Shown piece after piece: positions 26,994 to 33,359 of a DNA stretch of 35,502 nt. The position numbers were made by a program, and so were the translations under genes. This DNA is from a virus, in the IMG/VR virus record IMGVR_UViG_3300045988_120629; one strand, 5' to 3'. A model generated the notes under the pieces. The model worked only from the letters and a program-made list of their open reading frames with translations. It was not told the origin of the DNA and made no database searches. Numbering within the stretch: position 1 is the first letter of the stretch; each line of letters starts with the position of its first letter.

Positions 26994-27245
26994 TTAATCT
27001 TCAATTTCAAAATTGATAAATCTTTCAACTTCGTTTTCTTCATCATCTGTTACAACAATTTCATCATCAACGATTTCAGCGTTTAGGTTGTTGTTTCTGA
27101 TTTGTTCAATTAGAAAATCTTTGTATAGTTCGATTGCTTCTGCTTCGCTTTCAGCAGTTACATAATCGCCTGCGTAATTATCACGACTTGCCTCTACTAC
27201 ATTACCGTTTTTGTACATTTCGTTTGTTACCTTAAATCTCTTCAT
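26994..27245 (-). CDS. Small, strongly acidic protein of unknown function (83 aa)
   Basis: RBS AGGAGG. C-terminus AEIVDDEIVVTDDEENEVERFINFEIED. The core TAESEAEAIELYK weakly recalls DpnD/PcfM-like proteins. Confidence 0.65.
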   Translation of the reverse strand: MKRFKVTNEMYKNGNVVEASRDNYAGDYVTAESEAEAIELYKDFLIEQIRNNNLNAEIVDDEIVVTDDEENEVERFINFEIED

Positions 27246-27311
27246 TTTCTTTTCCTCCTAAAATTTATCCTTTTTGTTTGTTATTTGGGGTTTCCCTCAT
27301 TTCTTGTCTTT

Positions 27312-27340
27312 ATTATACCACCCATTGGATGGTATGTCAA
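27312..27340 (-). promoter_or_regulatory. Consensus sigma-A promoter with a palindromic operator in the spacer
   Basis: Minus strand: TTGACA (27340..27335), 17 nt, TATAAT (27317..27312). The imperfect palindrome ATACCACCCATTGGATGGTAT occupies 27315..27335. Confidence 0.7.
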
Positions 27341-27444
27341 TAGTTTTTTCAAAAAAAAATTAAAAAAAATTTGAAAATAATAAAAAAAGTGCTGATAGTC
27401 AAAATATAGTCAAACGTCCAAAATGCAATATAATTTAGAATAAT

Positions 27445-27479
27445 AAAAAACCGCTCAAACGCAGTGTTTAAGCGGTTTT
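27445..27479 (-). terminator. Rho-independent terminator of the integrase gene
   Basis: Minus strand: AAACCGCT, loop, AGCGGTTT, followed by TTTTT. It overlaps the int stop codon. Confidence 0.75.
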
Positions 27480-28981
27480 CAGTATGGTACACCATCGGTC
27501 GGACTTGTCGAACCTGCAAGCACAGCGTCAACGTAGCTGTCAACGTCAACACTGTCGTTTGGTTTTGACGGTGTAAGATTGAATATGTATAATACTTTGT
27601 CGTTCCATAGGTATTCACGATACAACACCAAATTTATTAATTTCTGCCGTTGTTCTGTCGTCTTGAAATCATCAACATCTATATTTTTTAAAAATCTCTT
27701 AAATGCAGTAGCGTTAAAATTATTTTTTTCCGATTGTTTAACAATCAATTCATATTTTAATTTTTCCTTGACATTTTCCAAATCGTTTAGACGTTGTTTT
27801 GTTGACGGGGTAAAAACACCGTTTTCGATTGCAGTCAGCAGATTGTTTATTTTTCTGTCGGTATCTTCAATTTGTGTTCGTAATGTAATTAGCTCCGCTG
27901 AATTACTTTCGGCAGTTTCTGACGCCTGTATGGTGTCTACAACAGAATTTATAATTTCGTCATTCAGAAAATTGTTTAAAATAAATTTAATAGTATTATT
28001 TTCAATAATATCCCTATGAACGGTTGTTTTAGGGCATTTACCACCTGTTTTATTGACGGAACATTTATAATACGTATATATTCTATTCTGATGATTGCGG
28101 CCACTTTCGCCACGGATTGGGTTACGGCAGTAACCACAAAACAATTTACCTACCAATATATACTGTTCTCTTGCAATCCTGCCCGTACGTCTTTTTGCCT
28201 GTAACTGAATTTGTACACGGTCAAATAATTCATCAGATATTATGCGTTGGTTTTCGTCGTGCAATTCCAAATCGCCGTATGTATATGAACCTGTATATCG
28301 GCGGCGGTTTAAAATTTTCCGTAAATATTGATTTCTAAATAGATTTCCGTTTGACGTTCTGTAACCGTGACTATTCAGCCAATCGCATATGTCTTTGTTT
28401 ATTACCCCGTCTGCATACATTTCAAATATTTTTTTGACAACGGGGGCGGTATGTTCATCTGGTACGCATATATTATCAGATGTTTTTTTGTAACCGTATG
28501 GAATCAATCCGGTAGCTTTGAATTTCAACGCTGTTTCACGCATACCTCTTGAAACTTTCTGCGATAGGTCTTTGCTGAAATATTCGGCGAAACCCTCTAA
28601 AACACTTTCCATTAATGCGCCTTCGGGGGTGTCCTCGATGTGTTCCATTACAGAAACGACTTTGACGCCGTTCGAGTTCAATTTCTGTTTGTTGACAGCA
28701 CTGTCATATCTGTTTCGTGTAAAACGGTCCAATTTCCATACTATTATGACATCAAAACCGCCTGTTGCACTATCAGCAATCATTTGTTGAAATTGCGGGC
28801 GGCGGTCAGTTGTTGCCGACATTGCACGGTCTATATATGTATCAACTATATAGTAGTTATATTTTTCTGCGAACTTTTCACAGTCCGCAAGCTGACCCTC
28901 AATGCTCTGCTCTGTTTGGTTACTACACGAATAACGTGCATATATAACCGCTCTTTGTACTTGATTTTTAATTTTTTTCAT
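27479..28981 (-). CDS. int: Large serine recombinase (phage integrase)
   Basis: ATG at 28981 after AAGAGGTG; the track ORF extends to 29011. AVIYARYSCSNQTEQSIEGQ is the resolvase catalytic motif. Recombinase domain, zinc ribbon CGYC...YYKCS...GKCP, and a C-terminal coiled coil are present. Confidence 0.92.
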   Translation of the reverse strand: MKKIKNQVQRAVIYARYSCSNQTEQSIEGQLADCEKFAEKYNYYIVDTYIDRAMSATTDRRPQFQQMIADSATGGFDVIIVWKLDRFTRNRYDSAVNKQKLNSNGVKVVSVMEHIEDTPEGALMESVLEGFAEYFSKDLSQKVSRGMRETALKFKATGLIPYGYKKTSDNICVPDEHTAPVVKKIFEMYADGVINKDICDWLNSHGYRTSNGNLFRNQYLRKILNRRRYTGSYTYGDLELHDENQRIISDELFDRVQIQLQAKRRTGRIAREQYILVGKLFCGYCRNPIRGESGRNHQNRIYTYYKCSVNKTGGKCPKTTVHRDIIENNTIKFILNNFLNDEIINSVVDTIQASETAESNSAELITLRTQIEDTDRKINNLLTAIENGVFTPSTKQRLNDLENVKEKLKYELIVKQSEKNNFNATAFKRFLKNIDVDDFKTTEQRQKLINLVLYREYLWNDKVLYIFNLTPSKPNDSVDVDSYVDAVLAGSTSPTDGVPY

Positions 28982-29010
28982 AAAAATAACACCTCTTAAC
29001 TTGATTTTCA

Positions 29011-29064
29011 AGTAATGTTATGGTACAATATATATGTTTTTAATTGGTGTTCCATAACACTACT
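29011..29064. other. Candidate attP (imperfect inverted repeat next to int)
   Basis: AGTAATGTTATGGTACA (29011..27) and TGTTCCATAACACTACT (29048..64) form 15/17 complementary arms around a 20-nt AT-rich core. Confidence 0.35.
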
Positions 29065-29066
29065 GA

Positions 29067-29103
29067 CCCCGTGACTGCTCCAAACAGTTGCGGGGCTTTT
29101 TTT
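29067..29103 (+). terminator. Strong plus-strand-facing intrinsic terminator with no plus-strand phage gene upstream
   Basis: CCCCGTGACTG (29067..77) pairs with CAGTTGCGGGG (29085..95), followed by CTTTTTTTTATTTTTT. Confidence 0.6.
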
Positions 29104-29641
29104 ATTTTTTGATTGTTAATTCAGTCTTGCAATGCGGACAGGTAACGTTTAACGTTGGTAATGATTGACCTTTCGCATTCTTATATTTCACAGTAAATTC
29201 CTTACCACAATTTTGGCAAACGTGTTTAAAACTAACGTCTTCAACAGGTTTTGAATTTGAATTAATATATCCGCACGAACATTGAATTGTAGTATTAGAA
29301 TTTTTATCGCCACATTTAGGACAAATCCACACATTATTTGTTTTTTTGGTATTGGCCGCAAGCTGTTCTAAATTAGATGGTTGACTACTGTCTGATGTAT
29401 TTAACTGTTCTGTTAGTCTATCCAAAATACTGATTTGTGTTTCCTGATTGTCTAATATAGAATATACTGCATACAGTATCAGCCATATAACGAAATTAGA
29501 CGCCCAAACTGCAAGTGCAACGGTCCAATTAAATGCGTGTTTGCCTGATGTAGCAAAACCGGCGATAATAGCAGCTATAAAATAAATTACTTCGACTATT
29601 ATCAAATTAATCTTAAAAATGTTACTGTGTTTTTTTCTCAT
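29102..29641 (-). CDS. Membrane protein with two N-terminal TM helices and a C-terminal double zinc ribbon
   Basis: ATG at 29641 has AAGGGA 8 nt upstream; the track ORF extends to 29659. CPKCG..CSCGY and CQNCG..CPHCK motifs. Co-transcribed downstream of the repressor. Confidence 0.6.
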   Translation of the reverse strand: MRKKHSNIFKINLIIVEVIYFIAAIIAGFATSGKHAFNWTVALAVWASNFVIWLILYAVYSILDNQETQISILDRLTEQLNTSDSSQPSNLEQLAANTKKTNNVWICPKCGDKNSNTTIQCSCGYINSNSKPVEDVSFKHVCQNCGKEFTVKYKNAKGQSLPTLNVTCPHCKTELTIKK

Positions 29642-29710
29642 CGTAAAAATCCCTTTCATTTTAAATTATTTTATCGGATAATTTTATAAAAATTTGCCCC
29701 CTTTCATCAA

Positions 29711-30124
29711 TTATCCGACGTCTTCCATACCGGAAGAATTATAATCTTCTTTTTTATATTTGTCTTTAACCATATCTATGGTTTGTAAAATATATTCTTG
29801 CCCTTGTTCTGATAGCATTCGGAACGTATTCAATAAATAATTTTCGTTTTCAGTCAGTATAGGACTATTTAAAATGATATTGTCGGCATCATCTTGACCG
29901 TCAACATTATCTAAATATTTTAAGGCTACATTGCCAAATAACAGATAATCAGCAGTTACATCTAATATCTCTGATAATAATTTTATCTTTTCAACATCAG
30001 GTTCACGTTTTCCGCTTTCATATAGCGAATATGTTGACGGTGCGACCCCAATAGATTCAGCTAATTCTTTTTGAGATAAATTTTTATTAAGTCGACACTG
30101 TTTTAAATTATTGAAAAAACACAT
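29711..30124 (-). CDS. CI-like repressor (XRE HTH N-terminal domain)
   Basis: ATG at 30124 after AAAGGCGGTG. LKQCRLNKNLSQKELAESIGVAPSTYSLYESGKREP. Divergent from the cro-like gene. Confidence 0.8.
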   Translation of the reverse strand: MCFFNNLKQCRLNKNLSQKELAESIGVAPSTYSLYESGKREPDVEKIKLLSEILDVTADYLLFGNVALKYLDNVDGQDDADNIILNSPILTENENYLLNTFRMLSEQGQEYILQTIDMVKDKYKKEDYNSSGMEDVG

Positions 30125-30146
30125 AAATAACACCGCCTTTAAAATC

Positions 30147-30287
30147 TTTGCATTTTGATAAATAAAGTATAACAATAAAAAATTGTTTTGTCAACAATTA
30201 TTTTGCAAAATGCAAAGTTTTTTGCGAAAAGCTATTGACAAATTTGCAAAATGCAATTATAATACAATTAAAGTTTGCGAAATGCAA
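30147..30287. promoter_or_regulatory. Immunity switch: divergent promoters and repeated TTGCA-N3-TGCAA operators
   Basis: TTTGCAAAATGCAA at 30202..30215 and 30243..30256. TTTGCGAAATGCAA at 30274..30287. Partial site at 30147..30160. Rightward promoter TTGACA (30235..40), 17 nt, TATAAT (30258..63). Leftward promoter TTGACA (30194..89), 17 nt, TATACT (30171..66). Confidence 0.75.
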
Positions 30288-30306
30288 CGAAAGGAGTGAT
30301 ATACAT

Positions 30307-30510
30307 ATGTATAAAAATTTACAAGCGGAACAAGCAAGAAAAAATATGACAAATCAACAGGTTGCAGATTATTTACACATTTCAAGGGTTTCATATGAAA
30401 ACAAAAAGAAAACAGGAAAATTTGTAGTAACCCAAATCACAGCTCTATGCGAATTGTTTGAATGTAGTTTTGAATATCTATTTGCAACAGACGAACAGAA
30501 AACAGCATAA
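30307..30510 (+). CDS. Cro-like / early XRE HTH regulator
   Basis: ATG at 30307 after AAAGGAG. RKNMTNQQVADYLHISRVSYENKKK is an HTH. First gene of the rightward operon. Confidence 0.75.
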   Translation: MYKNLQAEQARKNMTNQQVADYLHISRVSYENKKKTGKFVVTQITALCELFECSFEYLFATDEQKTA

Positions 30511-30533
30511 GCGGCGGAAAGGAATGAGGAAAA

Positions 30534-30731
30534 ATGAATATAAGTGAGGCAGTAAGAAAAGCTCAAGAAGATAACAAGTACATAGCAAGACCTAAATTCT
30601 TAAATATTAAGATACGACCTACTAACAATCCGGAATGTTGTATTGTTTACAAAAAAAACAAGCCCTCTGCAAAGCGTTGGAATCCGAAAGCAGAGGACTT
30701 GACCGCTGAAGATTGGACGATTGTAGATTAA
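30534..30731 (+). CDS. DUF2829-like small protein (Tad2-like candidate)
   Basis: N-terminus MNISEAVRKAQEDNKYIARP and C-terminus RWNPKAEDLTAEDWTIVD resemble the M.F.EAL..GKK..R ... W.P...DLLAEDWEIV pattern of DUF2829. Confidence 0.45.
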   Translation: MNISEAVRKAQEDNKYIARPKFLNIKIRPTNNPECCIVYKKNKPSAKRWNPKAEDLTAEDWTIVD

Positions 30732-30763
30732 ATAAAAGGTATAAAAGAAAGAAGGTGAAATCA

Positions 30764-30892
30764 ATGAAAGAATATAGCAATATATCAGACGTGACAGAGG
30801 AAAGCATAAAGCCGATTATACCGGATTTAGCAGCATTATTATATGAGTTGTTCTGCAATAAACAGCAGAGCGAAAAAGAGAAAACAGCATAG
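30764..30892 (+). CDS. Hypothetical small protein (42 aa)
   Basis: ATG at 30764 after GAAGGTGA. Hand translation: MKEYSNISDVTEESIKPIIPDLAALLYELFCNKQQSEKEKTA. Confidence 0.35.
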   Translation: MKEYSNISDVTEESIKPIIPDLAALLYELFCNKQQSEKEKTA

Positions 30893-30898
30893 AAAAAA

Positions 30899-30999
30899 CG
30901 GTTCGCAGGCAGATACGAACCGCCTGAATGGTAGCCACCTTTAATACATTTTGAAATTTTAATGAAATCTGATAGGGCGGTTCCTATGTGCCTGCGAAC
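30899..30999. repeat. Long imperfect inverted repeat (24-nt arms, 22/24) with an AT-rich 51-nt spacer
   Basis: GTTCGCAGGCAGATACGAACCGCC (30901..30924) versus GGCGGTTCCTATGTGCCTGCGAAC (30976..30999). Each arm can also fold locally (CGGTTCG/CGAACCG). Confidence 0.8.
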
Positions 31000-31017
31000 A
31001 ACGAAAGGAACGAAGAT

Positions 31018-31146
31018 ATGAAAAAAATTAAGCCAAGAAAAGTAAGAGGAATGCTGAAAGAGGGCAACACGTTAAAAATTAAAATCAAAGCGGTGGATAT
31101 TCCGAGAGATAAAAACGGAATGCCGAAGTTAAAGGAGATAGGATAA
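31018..31146 (+). CDS. Hypothetical small basic protein (42 aa)
   Basis: ATG at 31018 after AAAGGAA. TAATG overlap with the next ORF. Hand translation begins MKKIKPRKVRGMLKEGNTLKIKIKAVDIPRDKNGMPKLKEIG. Confidence 0.4.
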   Translation: MKKIKPRKVRGMLKEGNTLKIKIKAVDIPRDKNGMPKLKEIG

Positions 31147-31385
31147 TGTACGACAAATACATAGAAAAAATAGATAGGTTAAATGAACAGGGCAGGTGTT
31201 TGGCCCTGCAAATGTTGGACGATTTACTGTCCAACAAGAAAAATCGTAAGGACTACGAAAGTCCGCGACAGAAGTTTTTGCGCGAAACGGATGAGGTTTT
31301 AGCATTGGTGAACCGCGAAAGCGGAGCAACGGTAAATGACAAAAAGGTATTGCCGTTGTTCAAAAGGAAAGTGCCTGCGATATGA
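31146..31385 (+). CDS. Hypothetical protein
   Basis: Translationally coupled on both sides (TAATG and ATGA overlaps). Confidence 0.55.
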   Translation: MYDKYIEKIDRLNEQGRCLALQMLDDLLSNKKNRKDYESPRQKFLRETDEVLALVNRESGATVNDKKVLPLFKRKVPAI

Positions 31386-31597
31386 GTTACAGGCAAAAGA
31401 CATACAATCATCAATGTACGGTATGCGGTCAATGGTATATGACATATGTTGACCCGAAGAATATACCGGGGGCGGTAACACCGACAGGCGGTTTTATTTG
31501 TCAGAAATGCAGACAGGCAAAACAGCCTATAACACACCGAACGCCACCGCCCAAAACGGTGCAAATGTCAATCGACGAATTGACACAAAAAAAATAG
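31382..31597 (+). CDS. Zinc-ribbon protein
   Basis: CTVCG ... CQKC motif. Followed by a terminator. Confidence 0.55.
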   Translation: MSYRQKTYNHQCTVCGQWYMTYVDPKNIPGAVTPTGGFICQKCRQAKQPITHRTPPPKTVQMSIDELTQKK

Positions 31598-31623
31598 TGG
31601 TTCAGCCAAACCACTACTTTTTT
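31595..31623 (+). terminator. Rho-independent terminator
   Basis: TAGTGGTT (31595..602) pairs with AACCACTA (31609..616), followed by CTTTTTT. Confidence 0.75.
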
Positions 31624-31700
31624 AAATACTATGTGATATAAAGATACCCACATATCTATTATATCATATATCGAAAAAATAGGCAATAGCAAAAAACAAA

Positions 31701-31724
31701 AAAACCTTGATTTTTCAAGGTTTT
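31701..31724. other. Perfect 10-bp-stem hairpin in the AT-rich region upstream of rep
   Basis: AAAACCTTGA tttt TCAAGGTTTT. Confidence 0.6.
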
Positions 31725-31772
31725 ATAACTTGTTTAAGTAATTAAATTTAGGACGAAAGCAGATTAAGATAT

Positions 31773-32468
31773 ATGGCATACATAGAAAAAACTATCATTG
31801 CAGGTGAACACATTTTCAAAGAGAAAAGTTTCTCCGCAAGATACGGTAAAAAGAATATTCCAAGAGGTCCGAATTGGAATGAATGTTCAGAGGTTCAACG
31901 GCGAAGAAATGAGTTGTTGAAGAAAAAACGCATAGTGTGGAATATCTGTACAAATTTCAAAAAGTCGGATTGGTGGGTGACATTAACATACAGACGTACG
32001 GAACGTCCCGATAGTATGGTAATGGCAAAAAAACAACGCAGTCGATTTATTCGCCGATTGCGTGAAAAATTAAAGAAGAAAGACATACCGTTGACATATA
32101 CCGCAATGACTGAACGCGGTGTCAAGGGTGGGTTACATCATCATTTTATAATCAAAAATGTGTTTGACATAGGTATCATTATCAGCCTATGGGAACACGG
32201 CAAGGTGCATATAGAAAATATATACACTGATTCTATGTATGATTTGGCAATGTATTTTGTAAAAGGCGACAGTGAAAAATCTGAAAAAGACTTCACAAGT
32301 AGCCGAAATATGAAAAAACCAAAAATCAGATACAGAATAATACAATCCGAAAGGTGGACAAGCACACCGAGAGCGAAAAAACACTATGAAATAATACATA
32401 GGTTTGACGGGTTCCACGATTTCAGCGGTTTTCCGTACCAAGAGTATGTAATGGTTAGGCGGTGTTGA
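31773..32468 (+). CDS. HUH-superfamily rolling-circle replication initiator (Rep)
   Basis: Three ordered motifs: WVTLTY (motif I, FLTLTY-like), GGLHHHFII (HUH motif II), and DLAMYFVKG (motif III, Y-x-x-K). Size is 231 aa. Confidence 0.6.
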   Translation: MAYIEKTIIAGEHIFKEKSFSARYGKKNIPRGPNWNECSEVQRRRNELLKKKRIVWNICTNFKKSDWWVTLTYRRTERPDSMVMAKKQRSRFIRRLREKLKKKDIPLTYTAMTERGVKGGLHHHFIIKNVFDIGIIISLWEHGKVHIENIYTDSMYDLAMYFVKGDSEKSEKDFTSSRNMKKPKIRYRIIQSERWTSTPRAKKHYEIIHRFDGFHDFSGFPYQEYVMVRRC

Positions 32469-32471
32469 AAA

Positions 32472-32666
32472 ATGAATGACGGTTGTAACGGCTGTAAATA
32501 CGAAGATACACCGTGCATAATTCGGATATGCGGAAACGCACCGAGAGCAACGGCGGAAGATATTAAATCATTTGAAAAATGTGTAATGTTAAACAAAATG
32601 AAATCAAAAAAGAGAGGTAAACATTATGGAAAGAATGACAGCGGAGCAATTCAGCGAATTAACTAA
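32472..32666 (+). CDS. Hypothetical small Cys-rich protein
   Basis: CNGC...C...C motif. Weak RBS. Overlaps the recU start by 41 nt. Confidence 0.35.
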   Translation: MNDGCNGCKYEDTPCIIRICGNAPRATAEDIKSFEKCVMLNKMKSKKRGKHYGKNDSGAIQRIN

Positions 32667-33198
32667 TGAAAATAATAACAATGGCGAACAAATTTTGAGA
32701 AATAAAGTGAGTTCGGCACGTGGCCGAGCGTTTGAGGGTTTATTGATGAGAGGGTGCAACTATTACCGTCAAAAAGAGATAGCGATAATTAATAAAGTCA
32801 ATGAACCGTACATAGTTACGAAAAAAACAACAGGGAATAAATTCAGCGGTCGTTTTACTGGCAGAGCCGAGCCGGATTTCAAGGGTGTATTGTACGGCGG
32901 TCGTGCTATTGCGTTTGAGGCAAAAAGCACGCAGAAAAGCCGTATACAAAGAAATGCGGTGACAGATACGCAAATGGAGTGGTTAAGAGAACAGAAGGAT
33001 TTTGGAGCCGTTACGTTTGTGGCGGTAAATATACAGGACAAATTTTATTCAGTTCCGTTTGATGTGTGGGACGATATGAAGAATATTTACGGCAAAAAAT
33101 TTTTGATGCCGGAAGATATAGCAGGTTACGAAGTAAAATATGACGGTGCTGTCCGATTTTTAGAGTATGAGGACGGTACAAGAGTTGAGGGGGTATAA
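32626..33198 (+). CDS. recU: Holliday-junction resolvase RecU
   Basis: GRAFEGLL...CNYYRQKEIAIINKV ... PDFKGVLYGGRAIAFEAKST aligns with the RecU core (D..G..G..I.FEAK). Confidence 0.85.
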   Translation: MERMTAEQFSELTNENNNNGEQILRNKVSSARGRAFEGLLMRGCNYYRQKEIAIINKVNEPYIVTKKTTGNKFSGRFTGRAEPDFKGVLYGGRAIAFEAKSTQKSRIQRNAVTDTQMEWLREQKDFGAVTFVAVNIQDKFYSVPFDVWDDMKNIYGKKFLMPEDIAGYEVKYDGAVRFLEYEDGTRVEGV

Positions 33199-33200
33199 AA

Positions 33201-33341
33201 ATGAGCAAAGAGAAAATATTACCGTTGGTATTAATCATAATACAGGTGATGTCAGCTATCCCGTATACAATAACGGGTGATTGGCGACACACAATATACT
33301 GGATTGCTGCGGCGGTGCTGAACATTGCCGTAACATTTTAA
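33201..33341 (+). CDS. Hypothetical small membrane protein (46 aa)
   Basis: ATG at 33201 after GAGGGGG. Hand translation is hydrophobic: MSKEKILPLVLIIIQVMSAIPYTITGDWRHTIYWIAAAVLNIAVTF. Confidence 0.4.
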   Translation: MSKEKILPLVLIIIQVMSAIPYTITGDWRHTIYWIAAAVLNIAVTF

Positions 33342-33359
33342 CGGCTGGAGGTGGGATAA

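Noticed and set aside
27349-27618. Minus-strand 89-aa ORF spanning the AT-rich intergenic region and the 3' end of int
   Set aside because: It overlaps the integrase coding end and its terminator. It is made largely of poly-A/T-derived Phe/Lys/Ile codons and has no RBS.
27579-28999. Six plus-strand ORFs (60-146 aa) antisense to the serine recombinase
   Set aside because: The minus-strand frame encodes a full-length recombinase with all expected domains. The antisense ORFs have no RBS or recognisable motifs.
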